Positions 7,990 to 18,511 of a stretch of DNA of 64,000 nucleotides are shown piece after piece. The DNA lies in NCBI RefSeq assembly GCF_030693405.1, contig NZ_JAUYAW010000052.1, positions 13,590 through 77,589 on the forward strand, written 5' to 3'. The notes below the pieces were generated by a model, which saw only the letters and a list, made by a program, of their open reading frames with translations, did no database searches and was not told the origin of the DNA. The translations under genes and the position numbers were made by a program. The stretch comes from Phenylobacterium sp. Lineage in GTDB: Bacteria; Pseudomonadota; Alphaproteobacteria; Caulobacterales; Caulobacteraceae. Each line of letters begins with the position of its first letter. The stretch's first letter is position 1.

Positions 7990-9912
7990 TTGTTTCACAA
8001 GCGGGCGGCGGCGGTCTATGGTCACAGGCGAAACGATCTGGAGTCCGCCCCCTTGTCCGAGCCCAAGTCCGCGTCCGTGTCGGCGTCCGCCACACCCGTC
8101 CTGGCGATCGATGATCTGAAGGTCACCTTCGACACCCATGACGGCGCCGTCCAGGCCGTGCGTGGGGTCAGCCTGCAGGTGGCCCGGGGTGAGACCCTGG
8201 GCGTGGTGGGCGAAAGCGGCTCGGGCAAGAGCCAGACCTTCATGACGGTCATGGGGCTGCTGGCCCAGAACGGCAGGGCCACCGGCTCAGTGCGCTTCCA
8301 GGGGAAGGAGATCCTGGGCCTGAAACCCCGGGCGCTGAACCGTCTGCGCGGCTCGAAGATGACCATGATCTTCCAGGACCCGCTGACGGCCCTGACGCCG
8401 CATGTGCGGATCGGCGAGCAGATCGCCGAGCCCCTGCGACTGCATCTGGGCCTGTCGGCCAGCGACGCCATGGCCCGCGCCCGCCAGTGGCTGGACCATG
8501 TGCGCATTCCCGACGCCGCCCGGCGCCTGCGCCAGTATCCCCACGAGCTGTCCGGCGGCATGCGCCAGCGAGTGATGGTGGCCGCGGCCATGGCCGGTGG
8601 TCCCGAACTGCTGATCGCCGACGAGCCGACCACGGCGCTGGACGTCACGGTCCAGGCCGAGATCCTCGACCTGATGGCAGAGCTTGGCCGCGAAACCGGC
8701 ACGGCCATGGTGCTGATCACCCACGACATGGGGGTCATCGCCCGCCTCGCCGACCGGGTCTGTGTGATGAAGGACGGACAGTATGTGGAGGAGGGGCCGG
8801 TGCGCGAGCTCTTCGCCACGCCCAAGGTCCAGTACACCCGCGACCTGCTGGATGCGATCCCGCGCCTCGACCGCGCCGACCGCGGCGGCCGGCCCACCGT
8901 CACGCCCGTGGCCGCCGACGCCCCGGTGATCGTCGAGGCCAAGGATATCAAGGTCTGGTTCCCCATCCGCCAGGGGCTGCTGGGCGGCATGCGCCAGCTG
9001 CGGGCCGTGGACGGCGTTTCCTTCGATGTCCGCCAGGGCGAGACCCTGGGCGTGGTGGGCGAGAGCGGCTGCGGCAAGTCAACCCTGTCCCGCGCCGTGC
9101 TGAATCTGGTCAAGCCCACCGACGGGGTCGTCACCCTGATGGGCCGCGACATCACCCACGCCCAGAAGGCGGAGATGCGGGCGGCCCGCAAGGACCTGCA
9201 GATCGTCTTCCAGGACCCGCTGGCCAGCCTCGACCCGCGCATGACCATCGGCGACTCCATCGCCGAACCCCTGAAGATCTTCGCCCCGCAGCTGAACCGC
9301 GACGCCCGGGACGCCGAGGTGGCCGGCATGATGGCCAGGGCCGGCCTGTCGCCCGAGCTGATCAACCGCTATCCGCATGAACTGTCGGGCGGCCAGAACC
9401 AGCGGGTTGGCATCGCCCGGGCCATGATCCTCAAGCCCAAGCTGGTCATCTGCGACGAGGCGGTCTCGGCCCTGGACGTCTCGATCCGCGCCCAGATCAT
9501 CGATCTGCTCATCGACCTGCAGAAGGAGATGGGTCTCGCCATGATCTTCATCAGCCACGACCTGGCCGTGGTCCGGGAGATCAGCCACCGGGTGATGGTG
9601 CTGTTCCTCGGCCGGGTGATGGAGCTGGCCGACCGGGACAAGCTCTATGCCGATCCCCAGCACCCCTATACCCGCGCCCTCCTGTCGGCCGCTCCCATCC
9701 CCGATCCCGAACGGGAGCGCAACCGCCAGCGGCTGAAGCTGACGGGCGAGCCCCCCAGCCCCATGGATCCCGCCGCGGCCCTTCGTTTCCTGCCCTCGCG
9801 GGTCAGCGTCGATCCCCTGGCGCCGATCTATGTGCCTCGCCTGAACGAGGTGGCGCCGGGGCATCTGGTGTCGGAATTCGACGTGGACTGGGAAAAGCGC
9901 GGCGCCGCCTGA
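7990..9912 (+). CDS. Fused tandem dipeptide/oligopeptide ABC transporter ATPase (OppD/OppF-like); true start may be TTG at 8053
   Basis: Two Walker A motifs ([16 protein letters not shown]), two ABC signatures (LSGGMRQ, LSGGQNQ) and HPYT motif. Confidence 0.9.
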   Translation: MFHKRAAAVYGHRRNDLESAPLSEPKSASVSASATPVLAIDDLKVTFDTHDGAVQAVRGVSLQVARGETLGVVGESGSGKSQTFMTVMGLLAQNGRATGSVRFQGKEILGLKPRALNRLRGSKMTMIFQDPLTALTPHVRIGEQIAEPLRLHLGLSASDAMARARQWLDHVRIPDAARRLRQYPHELSGGMRQRVMVAAAMAGGPELLIADEPTTALDVTVQAEILDLMAELGRETGTAMVLITHDMGVIARLADRVCVMKDGQYVEEGPVRELFATPKVQYTRDLLDAIPRLDRADRGGRPTVTPVAADAPVIVEAKDIKVWFPIRQGLLGGMRQLRAVDGVSFDVRQGETLGVVGESGCGKSTLSRAVLNLVKPTDGVVTLMGRDITHAQKAEMRAARKDLQIVFQDPLASLDPRMTIGDSIAEPLKIFAPQLNRDARDAEVAGMMARAGLSPELINRYPHELSGGQNQRVGIARAMILKPKLVICDEAVSALDVSIRAQIIDLLIDLQKEMGLAMIFISHDLAVVREISHRVMVLFLGRVMELADRDKLYADPQHPYTRALLSAAPIPDPERERNRQRLKLTGEPPSPMDPAAALRFLPSRVSVDPLAPIYVPRLNEVAPGHLVSEFDVDWEKRGAA

Positions 9913-9983
9913 GCCGGCAACCCGTCGGAAACCCTTCGGCGCGTAGCATGACTCGACCGCAACCCTGTCGAGTAGCCCCGTCC

Positions 9984-11093
9984 ATGTCCGCCCTGCAGAT
10001 CGAGGTGGTCCGTCCCCAGGACCTGACGCCGGCGCGCCTGGACCGCTGGAGTGAGCTGCAGGCTCAGCAGGACATCACCTATGACAGCCCCTTCCTGTCG
10101 CCCCACTGGGCGCGGGCGGTGGAGCGAGCCCAGGCCCGGGCGGCCACCGCCACCCGCGGCGTAAGGGTCGCGGTGGTGGGCGACGGGACCCAGGATCTGG
10201 GCTTCATGGCCGTTCATGTGGGGGGCGCCACAGCCCTGCCCGTGGGCGCGCCGCTCTGCGACTATCAGGGCCTGGTGGCCGCGCCGGGACTGGAGATCGG
10301 CGCCCGCGACATCGTCGCCGCCCTGGGGGTCCAGCGCCTCGACTTCTGCCACATGCTGGACGCCAGCGGCCCTTTCCAGGGCTTCTCGCACGGGGAATCC
10401 CTCTCGCAGGTGGCCGATATCGGCCCCAGCTACGAGGCCTACGCCGCCGAGCGCCGCGCCGCCGGCGTCGGCCTGCTCAAGGATTGCGACAAGAAGCGCC
10501 GCAAGGCGCAGCGGGAGGCGGGCGAGGTGGTCTTCACCCCCTTCAGCCGTGCGTCGAGCGACTTCGACCAGCTGATCGCCTGGAAGCGGGCCCAGCTCAA
10601 GGCCACCGGCCAGTTCGACATCTTCCAGCCCGGCTGGACCCGGCGGCTGATCTCCGACCTGTTCGAGAGCCGTGACCCGGAGTTCGGCGGCGCGCTGTTT
10701 TCCCTGCACATCGGCGGCAAGCTGGCGGCGGTTCATCTGCATCTGCGCGGCGCCCGCACCATCCACGGCTGGCTGATCGCCCATGATCCAGCCTTCGACC
10801 GCTATTCGCCGGGCCTGCTGCTGTTTCAGGACATCCTGCGCTGGATGGAGACCACCCCCTATCATCGCCTGGACCTCGGGGCGGGCGACTACCGGTTCAA
10901 GCGCGAGCTGGCCAACGCCCAGGTGAGCGTCGGCCACGGCTTTGTCGGCGTGCTCTCCCCGGCCACCCTGCTGCGGCAGGCCGCCTACAGCCTGCGCAGG
11001 GCCGCCGAATCCCTGCCCCTGGGGGGCATGTCGGAACTGCCGGGCAAGGCCATGCGCCGGGTCGACCGCCTGCGGGGCCTGCGCTCGGCCTGA
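9984..11093 (+). CDS. GNAT-family acetyltransferase, CelD/BcsL-like
   Basis: PFLSPHW, CDYQG, YSPGLLL and LDLGAGDYRFK motifs. Confidence 0.75.
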   Translation: MSALQIEVVRPQDLTPARLDRWSELQAQQDITYDSPFLSPHWARAVERAQARAATATRGVRVAVVGDGTQDLGFMAVHVGGATALPVGAPLCDYQGLVAAPGLEIGARDIVAALGVQRLDFCHMLDASGPFQGFSHGESLSQVADIGPSYEAYAAERRAAGVGLLKDCDKKRRKAQREAGEVVFTPFSRASSDFDQLIAWKRAQLKATGQFDIFQPGWTRRLISDLFESRDPEFGGALFSLHIGGKLAAVHLHLRGARTIHGWLIAHDPAFDRYSPGLLLFQDILRWMETTPYHRLDLGAGDYRFKRELANAQVSVGHGFVGVLSPATLLRQAAYSLRRAAESLPLGGMSELPGKAMRRVDRLRGLRSA

Positions 11094-11176
11094 CATTGCG
11101 AAGGGCGCCTTGGCCCGATAGGTTGCCGGCCTTTCCGCCCGCGGTTTCGGGCGGCCTCCCCGGACCTCCGATCCCC

Positions 11177-12385
11177 ATGACGCTTTCCATCGACGACATC
11201 CGCGCCGCAGCCGACCGGCTGAACGGCCATATCGAGCGCACCCCGTGCCGCCTGTCGAAGACGCTGTCGGAGATTACCGGGGCCGAGGTGTGGGTGAAGT
11301 TCGAGAACCTGCAGTTCACCGCCGCCTATAAGGAGCGCGGGGCGCTCAACAAGCTGCTGCAGCTGACCGACGCTGAAAAGAATCGCGGCGTGATCGCCGC
11401 CTCGGCGGGCAATCACAGCCAGGGTCTGGCCTATCACGCCGCCCGCCTGGGCATTCCCGTGACCATCGTCATGCCCCGCTCCACCCCCTTCGTGAAGGTG
11501 CAGCAGACCCGCGCCTTCGGGGCCGAGGTGGTGCTTGAGGGCGACGGCTATGACGAGGCGTCGGGCAAGGCCAAGCAGATCTGCGAAGAGCGCGACCTGG
11601 TCTTCGTCCATCCGTTCAACGACCTGGACGTCATGGCCGGCCAGGGGACGGTGGCCCTGGAAATGCTGGAGGACGTGCCGGACCTCGATGTCCTGCCCAT
11701 CCCCATCGGCGGTGGCGGGCTGATCGCCGGCTGCGCCACGGCGGCCAAGCACCTGAAACCCGGCATCCAGGTCGTCGGTCTGGAGCCGGCCATGTATCCC
11801 TCCTTCACCGCCCGGATGCGCGGCGTGAACGGGGCCAGCGGCACGGGCGGGGCGACCATCGCCGAGGGCATCGCCGTCAAGCAGGTGGGGGATGTCAGCT
11901 ATGGCGTCGCCCGGCCGCTGATCGACGAAGTCCTGCTGGTCGAGGAGCCCTTCTTCGAGCGCGCCGTGGCGCTGTACTGCAATGTGGAGAAGACCGTGGC
12001 CGAAGGGGCGGGCGCCGCCGCCCTCGCCGGTCTGCTGGCCTATCCCGAGCGGTTCCGCGGCAAGAAGGCCGGCCTGATCATCACCGGCGGCAATATCGAC
12101 ACCCGCCTGTTGGCGTCGGTCCTGACCCGGGAACTGGTGCGCGAGCAACGCCTGGTCTCCCTGCGGATCATCGGCGACGACCGGCCGGGTCTGCTGGCCA
12201 ATGTCTCGGCCATCATCGGTCAGATGGGCGCCAACATCGTCGAGGTGGCCCATAACCGCCTGGCGCTGGACGTGCCGGCCAAGGGGGCGGAGTTCGACAT
12301 CATGATCGAGACCCGCGACGCCAAGCACACCCAGGAAATCATGGACGCCCTGCGCGAGCGGGGCTATCCGCCCCGCGCCGTCTGA
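11177..12385 (+). CDS. ilvA: Threonine ammonia-lyase (PLP) with a single C-terminal ACT domain
   Basis: KFENLQFTAAYKERGA, ASAGNHSQG, PIGGGGLIAG, TGGNID; ACT segment DDRPGLLA. Confidence 0.88.
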   Translation: MTLSIDDIRAAADRLNGHIERTPCRLSKTLSEITGAEVWVKFENLQFTAAYKERGALNKLLQLTDAEKNRGVIAASAGNHSQGLAYHAARLGIPVTIVMPRSTPFVKVQQTRAFGAEVVLEGDGYDEASGKAKQICEERDLVFVHPFNDLDVMAGQGTVALEMLEDVPDLDVLPIPIGGGGLIAGCATAAKHLKPGIQVVGLEPAMYPSFTARMRGVNGASGTGGATIAEGIAVKQVGDVSYGVARPLIDEVLLVEEPFFERAVALYCNVEKTVAEGAGAAALAGLLAYPERFRGKKAGLIITGGNIDTRLLASVLTRELVREQRLVSLRIIGDDRPGLLANVSAIIGQMGANIVEVAHNRLALDVPAKGAEFDIMIETRDAKHTQEIMDALRERGYPPRAV

Positions 12386-12414
12386 CCTATTTCCGCCACG
12401 CCCTCCTCTCAAGG

Positions 12415-12906
12415 ATGCCCTTGATGCTTGCCCCCCTGTTCGCCCTGGCCGCGGCCCTCGCCCTGGTCGCCTGCTCTCCGCAAGGGGGGGAGGCGGCGTC
12501 CGAGGCCAAGATCTACATGGAGCAGAACGCCGAGCGCGACGGGGTCGAGACCCTGCCCTCTGGCGTCCAGTACGAGGTCGTGCGTTCAGGGCCTGCCGAG
12601 GGTCTGAAGCCGAGCCTGGGTGACGAGGTCAAGGTCCACTATGAGGGCAAGCTGGCCGACGGAGAGGTGTTCGACTCCTCCTATGAGCGCGGCGTGCCCG
12701 CGGCCATGCCCCTGGCCGGCCTGATCCCGGCCTGGCTGGAAGTGCTGCCGCTGATGCGGCCGGGCGACGAGTGGATCATCACTGTGCCGCCGGAGATGGG
12801 TTACGGGGAGTCCGGCCAGGGGCCGATCCCCCCCAACAGCGTGCTCATCTTCCGCATCGAACTGATCGACGTGCTGCCCGGCCCCGGCCGGGTCCAGCGG
12901 GGCTAG
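12415..12906 (+). CDS. FKBP-type peptidyl-prolyl isomerase with lipoprotein-like signal peptide
   Basis: VKVHYEGKL.DG.VFDSS and IPPNSVLIFRIEL motifs; LVAC lipobox-like sequence. Confidence 0.9.
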   Translation: MPLMLAPLFALAAALALVACSPQGGEAASEAKIYMEQNAERDGVETLPSGVQYEVVRSGPAEGLKPSLGDEVKVHYEGKLADGEVFDSSYERGVPAAMPLAGLIPAWLEVLPLMRPGDEWIITVPPEMGYGESGQGPIPPNSVLIFRIELIDVLPGPGRVQRG

Positions 12907-12930
12907 GCCCGCGCGCGTCGAAAATAGGCT

Positions 12931-14649
12931 CTAGAGGGCGGCCTCGAGCACCCCATAGAGGCGGGTGACGTCGATGGGCTTGCTCACATGGCTGTCCATG
13001 CCGGCGGCCAGGAGTTCGTTCACCTGGTGATCCATGGCGTCGGCCGACAGGCCGATGATCGGGGTCCGTCGCCGGCCCTGGCTCCGTTCCCGGGCGCGGA
13101 TGGCCGCCGTGGCCGCCAGCCCGTCCATCACCGGCATGCGCACATCCATCAGGACCAGGTCCCATTCGCCGGCCTCCCAGGCCGCGACGGCCGCGGCGCC
13201 GTCGGCGACCATGACCGGCTCGACCCCGAGCGGCGCCAGCAGGGCCTTTAGCACCACCTGATTGACCTCATTGTCCTCCGCCGCCAGCACCCGAAGCCCG
13301 TTCAGGCCGCCAGCCGGAGGGGCGGGGCCGTCGTTCGGCGCGGGCGCGGCGTCGCCGAGCCGGACCAGGGGCGCCGAGAGAGAGAAGGTCGAGCCCTGGC
13401 CCGGCGCGCTGGTCGCCTCCAGCGCCCCGCCCATCAGTCCGCACAGCTCGTGAGAAATGGCTAGGCCGAGACCGGTCCCCCCGTGCCTTCGGGGGGTTGA
13501 GGAATCCAGCTGGGCGAAGCGGACGAACAGGCGGCCGAGCTCGGCCTGGCTCATGCCCGGACCCGTGTCGCTCACCCAGAGTTTAAGCCGCCCGGAGACG
13601 GCCTCGGCGCCCAGGATGACCCTGCCTTCGTCGGTGAATTTCACGGCGTTGGACAAAAGGTTGAACAGCACCTGGCGCAGGCGGGTGGGATCGCCCTGAA
13701 AGACCCCTCGGGCGCTGTCGTCGACGGCCATCTCCAGCTGCAGGCCCTTGTCCAGGGCCAGGGTGGCGAAGGTGGCCCGGGCCGACTCTAGGATCTCATT
13801 GAGATCGAAGGGGATGGATTCCACCTCCATCTGGCCGGCCTCGATCTTCGACAGGTCCAGCACATTATTCAGGAGCGCGGTCAGGGCCTCGCCGGACTGG
13901 CGGATCACCTCCAGCCGTTCCCGCTGCGGGGCGCTGAGGGTGTCGCGGCTCATCACCTGGCTCATGCCCAGCACGCCGTTCAGGGGGGTGCGGATCTCGT
14001 GGCTCATGGTGGCCAGGAAGGCGCTCTTGGCGGCGTTGGCCGTTTCCGCCGCCCGTTCGCCATCCCGGGCGCGGTCCAGGGCCTCGGCCAGGGCGCCTTC
14101 GATGGCCTCCCGGTGCAGGGCGGCTTCCAGCACATAGGCGAACATGGCGCCGACCGCGATGGCGGCCACGGCGACTGCGGGCCAGGGGGTGGCGGCTGGG
14201 CTCAGCAACAGCCCTGCCAGGGCCATTGCGCCGACGGTGGTGAGCGCCGCGCCGCTGATCAGGCGGGACGCCGGCAGTTCGGCCGCGCCGCTCAGGGCGA
14301 CCGCGCCGATCATGGCCATGGCGGCGACCGCGGCGGTCTGATCCCCGGTCATCAGCAAGGCCAGCGGCATGGCCCCATAGCCCAGGGTCTCGATCAGGGT
14401 GAAGGCCGCCAGACCCTGCTCGGCCGAAGGCCCCGGCGCCGGGACCGCCAGCAGCCGGCGGCAGAGGAGTTGGTTGAACAACTGGAGGACGAAGTTGGTG
14501 ACAAACCAGGCGGCGGAAAAGGCGAAGGGCAGCCAGAGCAGGCTGCCGATGGCCGCCAGCAGAGTCAGAGGCAGGATCACCCGGGCGTCGCGCTTGCGAA
14601 ATCTCGCCACATCGACCCATCGGGGAGCCGGAGGAGACTCAGTGCTCAT
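12931..14649 (-). CDS. Membrane-bound hybrid sensor histidine kinase / receiver
   Basis: Hydrophobic N-terminus; H-box FLATMSHEIRTPLNG; NLLSNAVKFT; DTGPG; GTGLGL; receiver motif LMDVRMPVMDG. Confidence 0.92.
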   Translation of the reverse strand: MSTESPPAPRWVDVARFRKRDARVILPLTLLAAIGSLLWLPFAFSAAWFVTNFVLQLFNQLLCRRLLAVPAPGPSAEQGLAAFTLIETLGYGAMPLALLMTGDQTAAVAAMAMIGAVALSGAAELPASRLISGAALTTVGAMALAGLLLSPAATPWPAVAVAAIAVGAMFAYVLEAALHREAIEGALAEALDRARDGERAAETANAAKSAFLATMSHEIRTPLNGVLGMSQVMSRDTLSAPQRERLEVIRQSGEALTALLNNVLDLSKIEAGQMEVESIPFDLNEILESARATFATLALDKGLQLEMAVDDSARGVFQGDPTRLRQVLFNLLSNAVKFTDEGRVILGAEAVSGRLKLWVSDTGPGMSQAELGRLFVRFAQLDSSTPRRHGGTGLGLAISHELCGLMGGALEATSAPGQGSTFSLSAPLVRLGDAAPAPNDGPAPPAGGLNGLRVLAAEDNEVNQVVLKALLAPLGVEPVMVADGAAAVAAWEAGEWDLVLMDVRMPVMDGLAATAAIRARERSQGRRRTPIIGLSADAMDHQVNELLAAGMDSHVSKPIDVTRLYGVLEAAL

Positions 14650-14852
14650 GACAGCGATCCTGGATTGCGTCCCGACCGGTCGCCCGCAGGACGCGAGTCA
14701 TATTGGTGAACGGCTCTTAACGCTGTGTGAAAAGCGGGCAGCCCCCGGACCCATGGGATAGGCCGCCTACCAGTTTGGCGCCCGATCCGGGTAAATCAGC
14801 CAGCGCCGAAGACGTCTGGAGCCCCCGCGCCCGGAGGTCTAGGCTTGGACCC

Positions 14853-16031
14853 ATGTCATCCTCCCAGACCCTCACGCCCCGCGCGCTCGAGATCCTCGAG
14901 CGCCTGGTGGCTTTCGACACCACCTCGCGTCTCTCCAACCTGGCCCTGATCGAATGGGTCGAGGCCTATCTCGACGGCCACGGGGTCGGGCACCGCCGGG
15001 TGCCTAACGCTGAAGGGACCAAGAGCAATCTGATCGCCACCATCGGTCCGGACATTCCGGGCGGGGTGGTGCTGTCGGGCCATACCGACGTGGTGCCGGT
15101 GGACGGTCAGCCCTGGACCTCTGATCCGTTTCAGGTGACGTCGCGGGACGGGCGGCTCTATGGGCGGGGGACCTGCGACATGAAGGGCTTCCTGGCCCTG
15201 TCCCTGGCCGCCGTCCCCGACATCCTGGCCACCCAGCCGAAGAAGCCGGTCCACCTGGCCTTCTCCTATGACGAGGAGGTGGGCTGTATCGGCGCGCCGG
15301 ACATGATCCGCATCATCGCCAGCGAGCTGCCGAGGCCCGCGCTGGTGGTGGTCGGCGAGCCTACCAATATGGAGGCCGTCAGCGGCCACAAGGGGATCAA
15401 CACCTTCCGGGTGACGGTGCGCGGGCATGAGGCCCACTCCAGCCAGACCCAGCTGGGCGCCTCGGCCAATATGGTGGCGATCCGGCTGATGGGGCAGCTG
15501 TGTGATCTGGCCGAACAGCTGGAGCGCGATGCCGATCCGGCCTCGCCGTTTACGCCCAAACACGCGACGCTCACGGTCGGCCAGGTGAACGGCGGCACGG
15601 CGGTGAACATCCTGGCCCGGGAGTGTGTCTTCCTCTTTGACCTGCGCAGCCCGCCGGGCCTCGATCCTCAGGCGGTGCTGGCCCCCTTCTTTGCGGCCTG
15701 CGCGGCCGCCGACGCTGCGCTCAAGGCCCGCTTCCCCGACACCGGCGTCGAGGTGATCCAGCGCTCGCACACCCCGCCGCTCGCGCCGGAAACCGACGGG
15801 GCGGCCGAGGCCTTCGCCCGCCGGCTGGCCGGCGACAACGGCCCGGCCCGGGTGGTGGCCTTCGCCGCCGAGGCCGGCCAGTTCCAGGAGGCGGGCTTCT
15901 CCACCGTCATCTGCGGCCCGGGCTCCATCGACCAGGCCCACCAGCCCGACGAATTCGTCGAGGTCTCTCAGATGGAGCGGGGCGGAGCCTTCATGGCGCG
16001 CCTCGTCGACTGGGCCGCAGCGGGCGAATGA
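14853..16031 (+). CDS. argE: Acetylornithine deacetylase (M20 family)
   Basis: LSGHTDVVP, GRGTCDMKGF, YDEEVG, VGEPT and QAHQPDE motifs. Confidence 0.9.
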   Translation: MSSSQTLTPRALEILERLVAFDTTSRLSNLALIEWVEAYLDGHGVGHRRVPNAEGTKSNLIATIGPDIPGGVVLSGHTDVVPVDGQPWTSDPFQVTSRDGRLYGRGTCDMKGFLALSLAAVPDILATQPKKPVHLAFSYDEEVGCIGAPDMIRIIASELPRPALVVVGEPTNMEAVSGHKGINTFRVTVRGHEAHSSQTQLGASANMVAIRLMGQLCDLAEQLERDADPASPFTPKHATLTVGQVNGGTAVNILARECVFLFDLRSPPGLDPQAVLAPFFAACAAADAALKARFPDTGVEVIQRSHTPPLAPETDGAAEAFARRLAGDNGPARVVAFAAEAGQFQEAGFSTVICGPGSIDQAHQPDEFVEVSQMERGGAFMARLVDWAAAGE

Positions 16032-17028
16032 CCGCCCGGCGGCCGCGCAGGTCATTGGGATTCCAGGTCATGGCGCGGGCGATCTGCAGGGCCGAGACGC
16101 GGCGCTGCGCCTGAGTCCGTCGACGGCTTGTCCAGACCGGCCCCAGCCCGGAGACGGCGGCCTTGAACCCCCGCCAGGTTACGCCCAGCAGCGGGCGGTT
16201 CTGCGGCCGCAGGCTGACCACGGCGAAGGCCAGCAGATGGAGCGGCAGGATCACTGGCAGCAGCAGGGCCGGGGTGTTCTTGACCAGCACCCAGAAACGG
16301 TTGCGCGTGCCGTGGAAGACGGCGAATTCCGACTTCGGCCCCCCGGACGTGGCCGAGCCCTCATGGGCGATGACGGCCGCCGGGACCAGCAGGGTGGGCT
16401 CGCCGGCCAGCTGCAGGCGGTAGCCGAAGTCCACGTCCTCGCAATAGCAGAAGAAACTCTCATCCAGGCCGCCAAGGCTGAGGAACAGGGCGCGATCCAC
16501 CATCATCGCCGCGCCGCAGGGGGAGAAGACCTCCCCTTCGGGCGCATCGCCCGGATCCGGGTTCAGATAGCCCCCCCGATAGGGGATGGCCGGCCCCGAC
16601 ATGACGTCGCCCAGGCCGTCCAGCAAGGACCGGTCGCGGGCCATCACCTGGCGGGACGTGAAGGACAGAACCTGAGGATGACGGGCGGCGGCGGCCACAA
16701 GCTGCTCCAGCCAATCGGGATCAGGGTAGGCGTCAGGATTGAGCAGGACCAGCCAGAGGCCCCGGGCCTCGCGCGCCCCCAGGTTCACGCCGGCGGCGAA
16801 GCCGAGATTGGCCCCGGCCTCGATCACCCGGGCGAAGGGGTGACCCTTAGCCGCCCCATGGGCCTCGCCCTGAGGCGAGGCGTTGTTGACGATCAGCAAC
16901 TCGTGGTCGCCGAAGGTCTGGGCGGCCAGGGCGGCGACGCAGGCCGGCAGGCTGGCGGCGCTGTTATAGGCGACGATGACGACGCTGAGCGCAGGGGGCG
17001 CCTTGTCTTCGCCGAAAGGCTCGTTCAT
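15991..17028 (-). CDS. Glycosyltransferase family 2; 3' end overlaps argE convergently by 41 bp
   Basis: SVVIVAYNS, IVNNAS, NLGFAAGVN, LLNPDA and YCEDVDFGYR motifs. Confidence 0.88.
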   Translation of the reverse strand: MNEPFGEDKAPPALSVVIVAYNSAASLPACVAALAAQTFGDHELLIVNNASPQGEAHGAAKGHPFARVIEAGANLGFAAGVNLGAREARGLWLVLLNPDAYPDPDWLEQLVAAAARHPQVLSFTSRQVMARDRSLLDGLGDVMSGPAIPYRGGYLNPDPGDAPEGEVFSPCGAAMMVDRALFLSLGGLDESFFCYCEDVDFGYRLQLAGEPTLLVPAAVIAHEGSATSGGPKSEFAVFHGTRNRFWVLVKNTPALLLPVILPLHLLAFAVVSLRPQNRPLLGVTWRGFKAAVSGLGPVWTSRRRTQAQRRVSALQIARAMTWNPNDLRGRRAVIRPLRPSRRGAP

Positions 17029-17064
17029 GCCGGGGCGCGCTCCAATATCGATACGTAGAGTTTC

Positions 17065-17622
17065 ATGACCGCCATCACCCCGCTCGCCCTGCCCGAGGTT
17101 CTGCTTATCACGCCCAAGCGTCATGGCGATGCGCGGGGCTGGTTCGCCGAGACCTGGAGCCGCAAGACTCTGCGCGAGGCCGGCCTCGCCTGCGACTTCG
17201 TGCAGGACAACCAGGCCTTCAACGCGAAAAAGGGCACGGTGCGGGGGCTGCACTTCCAGACCGCGCCCCACGCCCAGGCCAAGCTGGTGCGGGTCCTGCG
17301 GGGCGCCATCTATGACGTCGCCGTCGATGTGCGGCCGGGCTCGGCGACCTTCGGCCAGTGGGTTGGGGCCGAACTGACGGCCGAGGGCGGCGAGCAGCTT
17401 CTGGTCCCCCGCGGCTTCGCCCACGGCTACTGCACCCTCACCGACGATTGCGAGCTGTTCTACAAGGTGGACGGCCTCTATGCGCCGGACTGCGAAGGCG
17501 GGGTGATCTGGAACGATCCGGACCTGGGCATCGATTGGCCGGTGACGGCGGACGGGGCCATCACCTCGGACAAGGACAAGATCCTGCCCCGCCTGAAAGA
17601 CATGCCGGAGGCCCATTTCTGA
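17065..17622 (+). CDS. rfbC: dTDP-4-dehydrorhamnose 3,5-epimerase
   Basis: GDARGWFAE, FVQDN, RGLHFQ, QAKLVRV and PRGFAHGY motifs. Confidence 0.93.
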   Translation: MTAITPLALPEVLLITPKRHGDARGWFAETWSRKTLREAGLACDFVQDNQAFNAKKGTVRGLHFQTAPHAQAKLVRVLRGAIYDVAVDVRPGSATFGQWVGAELTAEGGEQLLVPRGFAHGYCTLTDDCELFYKVDGLYAPDCEGGVIWNDPDLGIDWPVTADGAITSDKDKILPRLKDMPEAHF

Positions 17623-18458
17623 TGAGCGAACCGCAGAACGAACTGCTGGAAATCCTCAACCTCGAACAGATCGAGCTCGACCTCTATCGCGGCCTGACGC
17701 CGGCCCGGCAGGGCCAGCGCATCTATGGCGGCCAGGTGGTGGCCCAGGCCCTGACCGCGGCCTATCGCACCATCGAAGACCGGCTGTGCCACTCCATGCA
17801 CGCCTATTTCATCCGGCCCGGCGACCCGTCGATCCCGATCCTGTTTCAGGTGGACCGGGCCCGCGACGGCGGCTCGTTCTCGGTGCGCCGGGTGACCGCC
17901 ATTCAGAACGGCAAGCAGATCTTCAATCTGGCGGCCTCTTTTCAGGTCCCTGAGGACGGCTTCGAACACCAGGATCAGCTGCCCGTCGTGCCGGCGCCGG
18001 AGGACCTGCTGAACGAGGAGCAGCTGCGCGAGGCCGATGGGATTCCGCCCCGGGACCGGGACTGGCCTGTGGAGGTCCGCCCCATCGACCCGCAGCGCCG
18101 GGACCAGACCGAGCCCATGGCCCCGCTCTATAATGTCTGGTTCAAGGCCCGAAAGTCGGTGGGGACCGATGTGGCGGTCAACCAGTGCGCCTTGGCCTAT
18201 GGCTCGGACATGAGCCTGCTGGATGCGAGCCTGCGGCCCCATCCGGTCCCCCACGGCCACCTGCAGGTGGCGAGCCTCGACCACGCCCTGTGGTTCCACC
18301 GGGCCAGCGACTTCTCCGACTGGCACCTCTATGTCCAGGACAGCCCCTCGGCCTCGGGCGGGCGAGGCTTCAACCGGGGCTCGATCTTCGACCGCCAGGG
18401 CCGTCTGGTGGCCTCGGCCACGCAGGAGGCGCTGATCCGCCATCGCCCGCCGGGTTGA
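17622..18458 (+). CDS. tesB: Acyl-CoA thioesterase II
   Basis: IYGGQVVAQAL, HSMHAYFIRPGD and ASLDHALWFHR motifs; TGATG coupling to rfbC. Confidence 0.9.
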   Translation: MSEPQNELLEILNLEQIELDLYRGLTPARQGQRIYGGQVVAQALTAAYRTIEDRLCHSMHAYFIRPGDPSIPILFQVDRARDGGSFSVRRVTAIQNGKQIFNLAASFQVPEDGFEHQDQLPVVPAPEDLLNEEQLREADGIPPRDRDWPVEVRPIDPQRRDQTEPMAPLYNVWFKARKSVGTDVAVNQCALAYGSDMSLLDASLRPHPVPHGHLQVASLDHALWFHRASDFSDWHLYVQDSPSASGGRGFNRGSIFDRQGRLVASATQEALIRHRPPG

Positions 18459-18511
18459 TCCGTGACAGTCTTTCGTGACACCGGCGGCGAAGCCGGGAGC
18501 CAAGCGGGAGG

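Noticed and set aside
14695-14720. Possible CtrA box (TGAA-N6-TTAA) and GANTC site between the hybrid kinase and argE
   Set aside because: Spacing is 6 rather than 7 and one half-site is degenerate; a single GANTC is uninformative.
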